A DNA stretch of 64,000 nucleotides from Eledone cirrhosa (lineage: Eukaryota): positions 67,332,001 through 67,396,000 of the forward strand of contig OZ024742.1 in assembly GCA_964016885.1 (NCBI GenBank), written 5' to 3'. Under the pieces are notes generated by a model, which searched no databases, was not told where the DNA came from, and saw nothing but the letters and a program-made list of their open reading frames with translations. The translations under genes were made by a program, and so were the position numbers. Shown piece after piece: positions 1 to 13,074 of the stretch (position 1 is the first letter of the stretch; each line of letters opens with the position of its first letter).

Positions 1-104
1 TTGACATGACGAAGATAATATCCCTTAACGGTTCAAGTTATCCCAAATTATAACTTTCCAGAGATAACTTGGTCATGTCAAATATTTATAAAACATTTTG
101 TATT

Positions 105-154
105 TTATCTGATGATAGCGTACCAAAATGTTGGTACCCTTGAAATATTTATAA
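105..154 (+). ncRNA. Possible minimal type I hammerhead ribozyme (pLTR-like fragment at window edge)
   Basis: TTAT-CTGATGA(109-115), stem II GTACCAA/TTGGTAC, GAAA(142-145)-TATTT-ATAA. Stem I is only 4 A-T pairs and the cleavage triplet is atypical. Confidence 0.4.
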
Positions 155-237
155 TTGAATAAATATGGTTTTATAAATATAGTTTCCATCTATTTAATAA
201 CATTGTATATACATGTTTATATATATATATATATATA

Positions 238-1103
238 TTGGAAGGTAATATCCGTAGTGGTAGAGCACTCAGTCCATGGGACGAATTAGGTAGAAGTGGT
301 TACACAACAGTTAGTTCACAATACCCAGAACAATTGTTTCACCTTAGCGGATCCTCAGCTCGTAATGGACATTCTTATACGGAACAGGAAGGACACCGTA
401 CGAACGCGCATGCGCAGAAACGACCATTTGACACAGGCAATACTAAATTGCGTACGAGAGGTGTAAGGGAGATAACTGCGAATGTCCGAAAGTTTCTGGT
501 TGATAAGAAAATTAGGATGCTGTTGTAATTCAAGCCGAAGCTTTGTAGTTATGTAACAGGTGTTTCCAGACTTGTGGACAACGTGTGAAGAACTAATCTC
601 TCGTGTTTAGGCAATCACTATTGCGTAATCTCTTTAGAATATTGATTCGTTCATCAATACATAGTCCACACGACGGATTTTCCCTTGCGTATTGCTTGGA
701 CTTAGTGATGGCTTTCCATTGAATGGAGTAGTCTATACTTTACTCCTTGATGGACCATATGTGGGTCGCGAGTTTCGTTGAGACAATAGACAAACTATCT
801 GGTTCTCTCCTCCCTTCTCACTCAACGTTAAAACCAATGTAGGCAAAAAATGCCTAGCTCTCTTAGATAGACACTTTCTCATAGGTCATAAACACCGGTC
901 TATCTTTAACCGACACAAAGTAAAACTAGGATACTCCTGCGCTAAGAACATGAAGGCCCATATTACCAACAGCCCTGAGAGCAACGCCTCACCAGGGTGT
1001 TCTTGCCGTAAGCCCGGACAGAGGTTCATCCACGAAATTCGCGAGCCACGTATGGCCCCTCAAAAATCAAGTATATGCTGCTCCATTCAATGGAAAGCCA
1101 TCA
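238..1103. mobile_element. Penelope-like element family A fragment: 3' end/pLTR on minus strand (238-~790) joined to internal segment on plus strand (~808-1103)
   Basis: 238-790 is the reverse complement of ~60410-60935. 808-1103 matches ~60020-60230 and ~60430-60490 (PPFSLNVKTNVG...; MKAHITNSP...SCRKP). Confidence 0.85.
325..362 (-). ncRNA. Minimal type I hammerhead ribozyme in Penelope family A pLTR
   Basis: Minus strand reads CGAG-CTGAGGA-TCC GCTAA GGT-GAA-ACAATTGT-T-CTGG, with palindromic stem III ACAATTGT. Homologous to 60809-60846. Confidence 0.6.
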
Positions 1104-1789
1104 CTAAGAGTTCCTTACTTCTCTTCAGCCAGCTGGAACTCCTCCACATAAACTTTAAGAAGTTAAGAGTCCCAATAGTGCTTCTAAGAAAATTGGGTCC
1201 TCCTAAATTATGCGATGGGAGAAGGTCGATTGTGAAGACATTATCACCTAATGTGATAGAAGCTACTATCATCACTGGATGTGCTTCTGGGGAAGATGTT
1301 TTCATTCCAAGAACTCCTATCAAACTAACAGCCATGCTATTTGAGTTCAAACGAACACGATTCCCAGTGCGACTTTGCTTCGCAATGTCTATTAATAAAG
1401 CTCATGTTCAGACTTTGAAATCTACGAGCTTGCACTTAATTGAACCTTGCTTTTCTCATGTTCAACTTTATTTGGTTGCTCCAGGGTCGGTAGTTTACAA
1501 GACTTATTTGTCTATGCTCCTAACCAGAAAACAAAGAATGTTGTTTACTCAGAAACTTTTATGTAATTTCCTTCAACATATGTGATAGAATTTACCTCCC
1601 TTCATAAACATCGTAAATTTTGTATATCCGTTTCTTCTTTTTTTTTTTTTAATTACAAATTCAGAATTGATGTATTCCAATTGAAGAATAATTGAATTTA
1701 GAAAAACAAATTTCCATACAACTTATTTTGCTTTTTTCTTCTAATATATAAGGAACAATTTCATTTCCGGGCAAGACTGGCTCTGCTAG
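1104..1789 (+). mobile_element. Helitron 3' fragment (PIF1-like helicase C-terminus, degraded)
   Basis: ORF 950..1585 contains VPIVLLRKLGPPKLCDG...VIEATIITGCASGEDVFIPR...FKRTRFPVRLCFAMSINKAHVQTL, typical RepHel PIF1 motifs. It ends in a GC-rich hairpin remnant plus CTAG-T at 1767-1790. Confidence 0.85.
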
Positions 1790-2215
1790 TCTGATATAAA
1801 TGATAACGCCAACAAACAAAGGAGAAACTACTTGAAATTGTATGGCGAGGAGGAAATACATAAATTATTAAATGCTCGAAATGTAAATCGAACAATACTT
1901 GAAGAGGATTATCAGTTAGACTAATATATAACAGAGGACTATAAACTGTAACTGACGCATAGAATTAGTCGACTATTAGTAGCCAGTTCTAAATTGTGTG
2001 GTAGCGATAAGGCGAAAGAACGAGCAATAGAATCATGATAAAAGTAAATGTTGGTCACAATAAAACATTGTGAGATACTCGACAACGGAGGGAAGGACCG
2101 CCTACGTTACAGATAGTATAGCAAATTGGCAACAGATACATGTAAAACCAAACAAAATCACAGGGAAGGATTAAAAGAAAACAATATTGTATATATGTAC
2201 ATATTGTATATATAT

Positions 2216-2355
<140 letters not shown>

Positions 2356-5075
2356 ATTGTTTTAACCACCCAACATATATTGATATATCTTTCATCAGCA
2401 ACATACTTTGCACTGAGTAAAATAAATGCATTATTGTTTCCATATATGTTTTTCTTACTTTTATCTCTTCCTTAGCTAACACGCTCTTTAAACAAAAACT
2501 TTCTGTAACGTGGAGTTTACGATTATCGACCTCTCTGGGTTTTACAACAGCAAAAGATTTGACTTTCTATTCTGATTGATAACATTTGACAGATTATATT
2601 CAATGGAACTGTATGTTATTAATCTGTAACCCTCTTTTTTTTTATCTTGTACATCTTCGGTGGAATGCAAATTTTCATTTTGCTTTCGTTTGCTCATATG
2701 GAGCTAGACAGATATTCATTGAAAAAAAAAAGAAACAAATGCACTTATATAACGCAGGCAGATCCTCACACTTACATATATATGCATGTATATATGTATG
2801 TATGTATATATATCCGGGAGAGATGACCTCTTAGCCTTTGTCAAGGCAGAATCCTAGGAGAAGGAAAACTCTGATATAACACCTGCAACCCTGATGGTAT
2901 CCAATGATGTTGACTTGTTCTTCTTTTTGGTAAACATCATCTTGGTTAAGAGAGTGGGACAGGCTTTGTGCAGTGCCTTTGCTCACTATAAAAGCTTCAC
3001 GGCACAGGCATTGCTTTATATCTGGAGATCTCTCTGCACTTGTCATCACATGGTACCATGGGCCCAGCACTATGTGTCAATGATTGTCACAAGTGTAGTG
3101 TTTGTACCAGAGTTTTCAAGTTACTGGCTGGACTAAAAAGTGACACTCGTTCAGCGCATCGGTAGGGTTTCTTCTACATGGATATAAAGTAGTGGCCGTA
3201 CTCGAAAACGAGTTGGCAGCCACCATGTATATATATGTATGTATGCATGAAGGTAAGTATGTCTGCATGTATGTATGAAGGTATGTGTGTGTGTTTATAT
3301 ATAAATATATGCATATATGTTTGTGCATATATATATATATATATGCATTCGTACATACAAACATACACATTTTATATTTTATGTATATATTCGTTTTACT
3401 ATTTTGTTCTATGGTTGCTTTTAACTATATCTGCTTACAACATACTTAATCAATTCCTAAAGTGGTTATACATATAAATATATACCTTACGCAATTGGGA
3501 CATAGATAAAATGTTGTTTGTCTATAGGTACAATTTAAATTACACGGATAAACACATAGCTCGGTGTTTTAAATTTGTGTACGTGACTGAAATAATATGA
3601 ATGGGCAGAAAGTTTTCCGCATTTAAAGACATATAATGTGATATTTCCAAAACATATATAATGTTAGATTCATTTTTATATATTTTGACAATATGATATT
3701 AAAGTATAAATGTAATTTTGTCGTACAATTACAACCTGAACGCTACCACTTTGTTCGCATTCATTAGAAATGTAGGTTGATTCTGACCAGCTTGGTCCAA
3801 TAAGCTATACATTGATGATTTACAATTCTATTATATACGCATACTATATCCAACACACCCAGATACCATAAAATAGATTTGCGAGTGTGTTGAACAAAAA
3901 ATATAATAACCAAAAATACATTCTAAAGACTAGCGAATATACTGAAATTCGCAATAAACAAAAAAATATATAATAGTACCTCATATAGAATAGAGCAACT
4001 CATGGAATGAATATCCATAGAATATAAAGCAAAACCAGCGAACCGACACTATAAAAACAAGCTTACACACACCAATGATAGTATCATTATAGAATCCAGT
4101 AATGACATATGATTTATACCTCAACGAAGGAAAGAAAACACAACGTACAATACAGCTGCTAAAAACCCTGGGCGTAAATGATATATGACCCATCACACAC
4201 GAAAATATCTGAAGGCTTTGCCAGAAATGAAAAATAGAAGCATCGAATAGAGACCATTACATAAAATTATGTAAATGATCTCTCGCTTCATCTGCGTGCA
4301 TAGCAAACCAAGAGAAATAAATATTGTAACGAGCTAACACTTAACAATAAAGCGAATATTGAGAAATATCGTGCAAATGTGATATTCTAGTGAACATAGC
4401 AAATATCAGGAAGCGAGCATAAAATGGAACAGTATTTCATCAAGAGTAAGAGTGGACTAAAGCGGCACATAAACAAAATTAATAGGTAGAAATATAAGTA
4501 GAACAAACTGAAAGAAATACCAACCACAGAAATGAACAGAAGTGTATAAGCTATATAGTAGAGTTGGTAATACCACAGACACTGTGTTTGGTTGATTCAA
4601 AATCTCACATCCATCCCAGGCAAACCTTACAATATATATATATATATATGGTTACCCCCGATTGGACCCGGGATAAACTTATATACATATATATATATAT
4701 ATTTATATATATAACCTCTCTCTCAATACACAAGAACTCATTCTCCAGTCTCCTTTTCAGCAAGAAAGATGGAAACAAAACTTAGCTTAACACTTGATTT
4801 TAAATCTGTAATTTTTAGTTTTTGATTCTTATTAATCCTTTTTAATTGTAATACTCAACAACATTTGATGAGATGAATTTTAATAATTCATCGAAACCGA
4901 TGATACTTCATATACTTTATATACATTTTAAAAGTCTTTTTTAAAAAGAATTGTCGCTCTCATTTTCTCAATGATGTCATTTTTCAATAATGTCACTTTG
5001 ACGAATCAAAAAAAGGAAAACAAAGAAAAACAGACTTTAAAATATATTTTCCGTGCTATTTCCAACTTCACCATT

Positions 5076-5191
<116 letters not shown>

Positions 5192-5393
5192 GACTTGTAA
5201 TATGCAAATACAGTGGTAAATAATCTGCAATCAACATTGAATTCGTTGCATTTGAATTCATTCACATTATGTGCACACAGCAGCCGCCTTAACTATGGAA
5301 TAACACTCAAACCAGAAGGATCTGCTTCGTACGACGGGCTGCCTGTGACAATTGTTACACAGCTAACACACACACACATATATATATATATAC

Positions 5394-5429
<36 letters not shown>

Positions 5430-5582
5430 GGTGGGTGTGTTTGTTCGTGTGTGTATTCCTTTGTTTTGTCCAGTAATTCCTGAGGTTGTCGTAGGAACGA
5501 GTTATTGACTTACGGCGTGTCAAGGGAATTTTTTTAAACAGGCGCAGACCATCAACTCTCCACGCCATATATATATATACGC

Positions 5583-5613
<31 letters not shown>

Positions 5614-5939
5614 TGTGCGTGTGCGCGCGTGCGCGCGTGTGTGTGTGTGTGTGTATGTATTTATTTCAATAATTGTTGAATAAATATGATCTTTTACTCA
5701 TTATTTTAATAGTCGGAATTTTTATCATGCATTCTTATATATCATCCTTGCAAGCCCCACACCTTTACGTAACTTTGTTCATTCAATAATAGATTAAACA
5801 CTTCCATGGTTTAAGGTTTGCTATTTTCCTTTATAATTATTTGTACTTTCCAAAATATCTACGGCACTACTGGCGAGTAAATTGAATTATTTTCAGTATA
5901 ATAATAATAATAATTATTATTATTATTATTATTATTATT

Positions 5940-8409
5940 CTTTGAGTCTCAGTCATTGATGTTATTTAACTGGAAAGTTTGTTGAAATGAATATCAAGCC
6001 ACTACCTGCGGCCTCAGTTATTAAGGATGTATCGGAGGGTTCTTGCTGTTCCCAGCAAGTATGCCTTTTGAAGTGTTCCAAAAAGCGGGGCGGGACCAAT
6101 TTTCTTTAACCATACTTGGAAACTCTTTGAGATAGTACCTAGTGCGCCTATGACAATCGGGACCACTTTGACTTCATGGCAGTTCCAAATCCTTTTTTCC
6201 TCCCACTTTAAGTCCTGGTATTGGTTTATTTTCTCCCTCTCCTTCTCTTGCACTCTTGTGTCGAATGGGCAGGCTACATCCACAATCAGACACGATCTTT
6301 TTTACTTGTCCAAAACCACCAGGTCAGGTCTATTGTGTTCCAATTTCTTGTCCGTCAGTATCCTAAAATCCCACAGCACCTTCACCTGATCGTTTTCTAT
6401 CACCGAAACTGGCTCATGCTCATACCACTTCTCAGAATGTGGTAAATTGTTTACTTTGCATAGGTGCCAGTGAATCACCCTGCCTATCACATCATGTCTC
6501 CAGCCCTTATAGTGAGTCTGGGCTAGGTGTTTACACTCGGATACAATGTGAGCCACAGTTTCCTCTCTCTCTCCTCAGATCCTGCACAGTGGGCTAACCT
6601 CCTCCTTGTAAATATGGTGTTTCAACCACTTCGTTTTGAGGGCCTGTTCTTGAGCAGCCATTAACATTCCTTCTGTAGCCTTTTTAAGTTCTCCTCTTTT
6701 CAACCAGTTCCATGTCTGTGGATCTCTGAATTCAGTTTTCTCAAAGAAGGTACTATGAAGGTATTTTTCATGAAGGCTTCTCTTTCTCCTTGATGTTATT
6801 TCCTCCTTGGACATCCCCTGGTCTATTGTCCTCTCCTTCAGTACAATTCTGAGAATTGGCTCCTTACTATCAGTCATGTATTTGTGTCGGTTGTTTTTCT
6901 CCATCTGAACACAGTCCTCTATGCTGATAAGACCTCTTCCACCTTCAGATCTCCTTAAGTAGAGTCTATCGACATCACTCCTCCTGTGGAACATGTTGTA
7001 GATAGTCAATAGCTTCCTAGTCTTCCTATCAATTTCTTTTTGTTCAGCAACATTCCATCTCAGAATTCCCGCACTGTACCTAATAATAGACACATCTCGG
7101 GAATTTACTGCACTTATGGCATTCCTACTGTTCAGATGTGATTTAATACGCTCCTTACTCTCCTAATGTATTCAGATCTTATTAATTCCTCCATTTTCTT
7201 CTTATTGATGTCATCAGCTTCCAGAACACCCAAATAGTTGTATCCTTCTTCAGTGTCAATTTCCTTTATCATCTCACCTGTTGGTACCTGGATTCCGTTG
7301 CTTCTGCTCAATTTACCCCTCTTCATCACAAGGACTCCACACTTACTAATACCAAATTGCATACATATATCATTGCTGAAAATACGGACAGTGTCAACAA
7401 GCACAACCAACTCCTTCTCACACTTCCCGAAGAGCTTAAGATCGTCCATGAAGAGTAGGTGATTGATGGTAAGCTCTCCCTTTTCCAACTTGTATCCTGC
7501 TCTCACTTTTTGCAGTATAATGGTCAGGGGCATCAGGGCAAGGACAAACAACAGAGGGGACAGACTATCTCCCTGGAAGATACCTCTCTTCATCTTCATG
7601 CCTCCCAAGGATTCTCCAGCTGATGTTAACTCTGTTTTCCAGGACTTCATACTTTTGCCCAACAACTGTCTGAGGTTATCTGCCACCTTGAAGATCTCTA
7701 GGCTTTTGGTGATCCAAGAATGAGGCACCATGTCAAATGCCTTTTTGTAGTCTATCCATCCCATGGCAAGACCAGTGTGTTTTCTCTTGCAATTCCTCAT
7801 TACCATCTTATCGATAAGTAACTGGCCCTTTGTACCACAGGACTTCTTTCGGCATCCTTTCAGTTCGTCCGGTAACAAGTTGTTTGTGTGGAGGTGATGG
7901 TAGATTTCCTCAGACATAATGCTTGTCAACAGTTTCCACATTACGGACAGACATGTGATAGGTCTATAGTTGGTAACATCATTACCCTTGATTCGGTCTT
8001 TCATTGCCAGAACTGTTGTACCTTTTGTCAACCACTCTAGTACCTCACCTGACAGCAAGCAGTCATTGAACATGGTTGTCAGTTTCGGGTGGAGGGATGT
8101 TATATTTTTAATCCAATACTCCTGCACACCATCTGAGCCTGGTGATTTCCAGTTGGTTAGTTTTTGGCCTGCCCCTTAAGAGTTTCAACTGTGATACTCA
8201 AATCAGTTTGTTGGTGTGCCTGTTCACTAATCTCTTTCTGTACTGTCTCAATCCACTCTGCCTGGTCATTATGTTCAACATCCTGCTCCCATATTCCTCT
8301 CCAGAATGTCTTAGTTTGTTCCGCCTCAGGGATCAAGTCGTTGCCTCTTTCTTTCCCTTCAAGCTGTCCAAACAGCATCTTCTGGTTGTTGTCAAACATG
8401 CGGTTCTAT
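5940..8409 (-). mobile_element. R4/Dong-clade non-LTR retrotransposon copy A, 5'-truncated and frameshifted
   Basis: ORF pieces 8157-8399, 7132-8127 (RT: GIFQGDSLSP, LFMDD), 6575-7093, 6302-6556 and 6014-6283 (RHD, RPD, DVACP...K...Y restriction-like endonuclease). The 3' end abuts (TAA)n at 5898-5939. Confidence 0.93.
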
Positions 8410-8466
8410 CTATCTAGTATTATTATTATTATAATTATTATTATTATTATTATTATTATTGTTATT

Positions 8467-11400
8467 CCTTGAATCTCAGTCATTGATGTTGGTTAACTGG
8501 AAAGTCCGTTGGATTGAATATCAAGCCACTACCTGCAGCCTCAGATATTCAGGACGTATCGGAGGGTTCTTGCTGTTCCAAGCAAGCATGCCTTTTGAAG
8601 CGTTCCAAAAAGCGTGAAGGGGCCGATTTTCTTTAACCATCCCTGGAAACTTTTGGAGATAGTCCCCAGTGCGCCTATGACAATCGGGATCACTTTGACT
8701 TCATGGCAGTTCCAAATCCTTTTCACCTCCCACTTTAGGTCCTGGTATCGGTTAATTTTCTCCCTCTCCTTCTCTTGCACTCTCGTGTCGAACGGGCAGG
8801 CCACATCCACAATCAGGCACGATCTTTTTTCTTTGTCCACAACCACCAGGTCAGGTCTATTGTGTTCCAGTTTTTTGTCCGTCTGTATCCTAAAATCCCA
8901 CAGCACCTTCACCTGATTGTTCTCCATCACAGCCTCTGGCCTATGCTCATACCATTTCTCAGAATGTGGTAGATTGTTTACTTTGCACAGGTGCCAGTGG
9001 ATCACCCTGCCTATCACATCGTGTCTCCAGCCCTTATAGTGGGTCTGGGCTAGGTGTTTACACTCGGACACAATGTGAGCCACAGTCTCCTCTCTCTCTC
9101 CACAGATCCTGCACAGTGGGCTAGCCTCCTCCTTGTAGATATGGTGCTTCAACCACTTCGTTTTGAGGGCCTGCTCCTGCGCAGCCATTAGCATTCCTTC
9201 TGTAGCCTTTTTGAGGTCTCCTCTTCTCAACCAGTTCCATGTCTGTGGATCTCTAAATTCAGTTTTCTCAAAGAAGGTACTATGAAGGGATTTTCCCTTA
9301 AGGCTGCTCTTCCTCCTTGATGTTATTTCCTCCCTGGACATCCCCTGGCGTACTGTCCCCTCCTTCAGTACAGTTCTGAGCATTGGCTCCTTACTATAGG
9401 TCACGTATTTGTATAGGTTGTTTTTCTCCATCTGAACACAGTCCTCTATGCTGATAAGACCTCTTCCACCCTCAGATCTCCTTAGGTAGAGTCTATCGAC
9501 ATCACTCCTCTTGTGGAACATGTTGTAGATAGTCAATAGCTTCCTAGTCTTCCTATCCATTTCTTTTTGTTCAGCAACATTCCATCTCAGAATTCCCCCA
9601 CTGTACCTAATAATAGACACAGCTCGGGAATTTACTGCGCTTATGGCATTTCTGCTGTTCAGATGTGACTTCAATACGCTCCTTACTCTCCGAATGTATT
9701 CAGTTCTTAACAATTCCTTCATTTTTTTGTTCTTTATGCCATCAGCCTCCAGAACGCCCAAATACTTGTATCCTTCCTCAGAGTGAATTTCCTTTATCAT
9801 CTCACCTGTTGGTATCTGGATCCCGTTACTTCTGCTCAACCTACCCCTCTTCATCACAATGACTCCACATTTGCCAATACCAAACTGCATACATATATCA
9901 CTGCTGAAAATACGGACAGTGTCAACAAGCACATCCAACTCCTTCTCACTTTTCCCGAAGAGCTTAAGATCGTCCATGAAGAGGAGGTGATTGATGATAA
10001 GCTCTCCCCTTCCCAACTTGTATCCTGCTCTCACTTTTCGCAGCATAATGGTCAAGGGCATCAGGGCAAGGACAAACAACAGAGGGGACAGGCTATCTCC
10101 CTGGAAGATACCTCTCTTGATCTTCACGCTTCCCAAGGATACTCCAGTTGATGTCAACTCTATCTCCCAGGACCCCATCCTCCTGCCTAGCAACTGTCTG
10201 ATGTTATCTGCCACCCTGAAGATCTCCAGGCTTTTGGTGATCCAGGAATGAGGCACCATGTCAAATGCCTTTCTGTAGTCTATCCATCCCATGGCAAGAT
10301 CAGTGTGTCTCCTCCTGCAATTCCCCATTACCATCTTATCAATAAGCAACTGGTCCTTTGTACCACGTGACTTCTTTCGGCATCCTTTCTGTTCGTCCGG
10401 TAACAAGTTGTTTGTGTGGAGGTGATGGTAGATTTCCTCAGACACAATGCTCGTCAACAGTTTCCACATTACGGGCAGACATGTGATAGGTCTATAGTTG
10501 GTAGCATCATTACCCTTGATTCGGTCTTTCATTATCAGAACTGTGGTACCTTTTGTCAACCACTCTGGCACCTCACCCGACACCAAGCAGTCATTGAACA
10601 TGGCCGTCAGCTTCGGGTGGAGGGATGTTAAATGTTTAATCCAATACCCCTGCACACCATCTGGGCCTGGTGATTTCCAGTTGGTTAGTTTTTTGGCTTG
10701 CCCCTTAAGAGTTTCAACTGTGATACTCAAATCAGTCTGTTGCTGTGCCTGCTCACCGATCTCCCTCTGTACTGTCTCAATCCACCCTGCCTGGGTATTG
10801 TGTCTAACATCCTGCTCCCATATTCCTCTCCAGAATGTTTTAGTTTGTTCCGCCCCAGGGAACAAGTCGTTGCCTCTTTCTTTGCCCTCAAGCTGTCCAA
10901 ACAGCATCTTCTGGTTGTTGTCGAACATGCGGTTCTGTTTATACTGACTGACTCTGTTCTCGTATCGCCTGATTTTTGCACTCTTTGCTACAATGCGTTG
11001 TTTCAATTCCTCTATGATAATATTTAGCTTTTTACTCCTAGTTTTGTATTTTATTTCCAGTCTATTTTTAGTGCCTATGTTTTTTAGTGTCCCATTCAGT
11101 AGTGACTCAAGCTTTCCTATGTCATTTCTCATTTCCCCGATTTGCCCACTCAGTCGCTTCTTCCACCACGGCTCTTCTCTTTCTTGTCTGTTGTTTCCTC
11201 TCGCTTTTATACCAAGTAGTTTCCTCACCGTATTTGCTGTTGCTCTGAGGATATTGTTGCACTGGTGAAGGCTCCTCGCCTCAAGGTATGGGATGACTTT
11301 GTTTACCTTAGCTGTTGTTACTTTTAACTTTTTCCTGTCTACAAATCTTAGGTTCATAGGTCTCCCACTATCATTGTTCAATTCCTCTACCACTAAATTT

Positions 11401-13010
11401 AGGATGTCAACCGAATCTTGTCCTAGCCCGTCAGCATTCATCCCCTCAGAGGCCGTATCTCTGTTCCAGGTATTATTTATCTCAGTATTCAGATCATTGT
11501 CTGCTTCGGGTGGTTCCTCCGTTCTCAGGACCTCCTCACCTTCATTTCCCACCGGCTCGCTTGTCTGGCATACTACACCCGCCATCTCCAAGCCATTTTC
11601 TCTGCTCAGTTCCTCCAGTTCCAGCTCGCTTATCCACCCATTAGTTCTTATTACCCGAGCCTGCCCGGCCAATTTTTGTTCATCTAATTTAAATAAACCA
11701 ATCTCGTTCCAGATGTTATGCATCCGTCTCCTGTAGCCCCTCTCCTTGGGGTTACTTTTCAGGTATCATTGCATAACAGTTCTATTCAATTCTTTCGTCC
11801 AGTTGGTTCTGGCCCCTTTCCTTCTTCTCCTTCCTCCAACATCAGCAGTATTTGGTTGACAGTCAGGTTCCTGCTGCTGAGCCAGGGGGCACCTGTTGGG
11901 TGAGAGTCTGTCACATGACGTTCTAGTCTCCATTTCACCGTTATTCGAACTGTTTATGTTCGATATTTAAACACTCTTATCGAGGATTGGCGAATGTATG
12001 TTTACATAGCCATCTGTGGATCCGCCATCCCACTTGGCCCTTGTGTGGCATTATCACCACGCTGTATACGAACACACATAAACAAACAAACACACAGGCA
12101 GAAAGGGCCCCAAAAATGAATAAGCATAAGTTTCATTGTAATGTAGTGTTCGAATGTCTGACTTAGTTTTAGTTTTTTAAGTTTTACTTTTTCCCCCCTC
12201 TTCTCTGTCCGTCCGCCTGCTTCTCTCTTCATTCTTATTTTCTTTACGTTTTGGGGGTTTCTTTTTTTGTTTTTGTTTTTCTCTGTTTGTTTTTCTCGTT
12301 TTTGCTGTTGTTGCTGTGCTGCTTTGGTTTTGTTGTTTGTTTTTTCTTTTTTCTTTTGAGTCTATCTATATATTTTGATGCCTTCCTCTTTGTTAGTAGT
12401 AGGAATTCTATAATGTGGAAGTAGCAGCCAGCAGGGGGAAGTGGGAGACTGGCGGCGGTAGCGATACTGAGACAGTGGTGGTGGTGATGTCGATACCGAG
12501 GCAGTGGTGGCGGTGATGTGACCGTATTACTGTAGTGATGGTGCTGTAGCGGTGGCAGTAGTGAAGGAGTCAAGGGGTGGTGGCGGCGGTGATGGGATAG
12601 TGGTGGTAATGATGGCCGTAGTGAGCGGTGGCGGTGAAGGTGAAAATGTCGTTATCTGGCTGTTGTGTTTAGTGTACACAGATGATGGGGTGGGTGGTGT
12701 ATCTAGTTTCTGGTGTTGGTGAGTTTAGCTGTCCTATATAGTGTAGCCAGAGGAGGGGGGGGGGGGTTCTTCTTCCATTTATAGCCATTTTCTTTTTTGG
12801 ATATACAGTGTACAATACAAAGTTGAATATTTGAATATTTGAGCCTTATAACAATATATTTTGGGTCCGAATTTTTTGGGGCTCAAGCCGGGTGCTTTAC
12901 GTAGCATTTGTACTAAGAGTTGTTATTTCACAAATGATTTAAATATGTTAAAAATTCAAAACTTACGGGAGCGATTTCATGACCTCCGTCACCTCGTGCG
13001 TCTTCTTCCC
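8467..13010 (-). mobile_element. R4/Dong-clade non-LTR retrotransposon copy B, apparently full length
   Basis: Single long RT-RLE ORF with ~1.1 kb upstream region. Flanked by (TAA)n at 8419-8466 and 13015-13070. Confidence 0.93.
8541..11933 (-). CDS. R4/Dong ORF: N-terminal domain, reverse transcriptase, CCHC finger, PD-(D/E)xK restriction-like endonuclease; one premature TGA at 11766-11768
   Basis: The 1060-aa ORF (8541-11723) has KSPGPDG, YRPITCL, QKGC, DYRKAFD, QGDSLSP, FMDD, CRICGEREETVAHIVSEC, RHD, RPDLVV and DVACP. The frame extends upstream to ATG 11933 (METRTSC...WTKELNRTVMQ*YLKSNPKERGYRRRMH). Confidence 0.9.
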
Positions 13011-13014
13011 TATA

Positions 13015-13062
<48 letters not shown>

Positions 13063-13074
13063 GTTGTTATTACT

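Noticed and set aside
950-1585. 211-aa ORF as a novel fusion protein
   Set aside because: It is a chance in-frame join of a Penelope fragment and a degraded Helitron helicase fragment.
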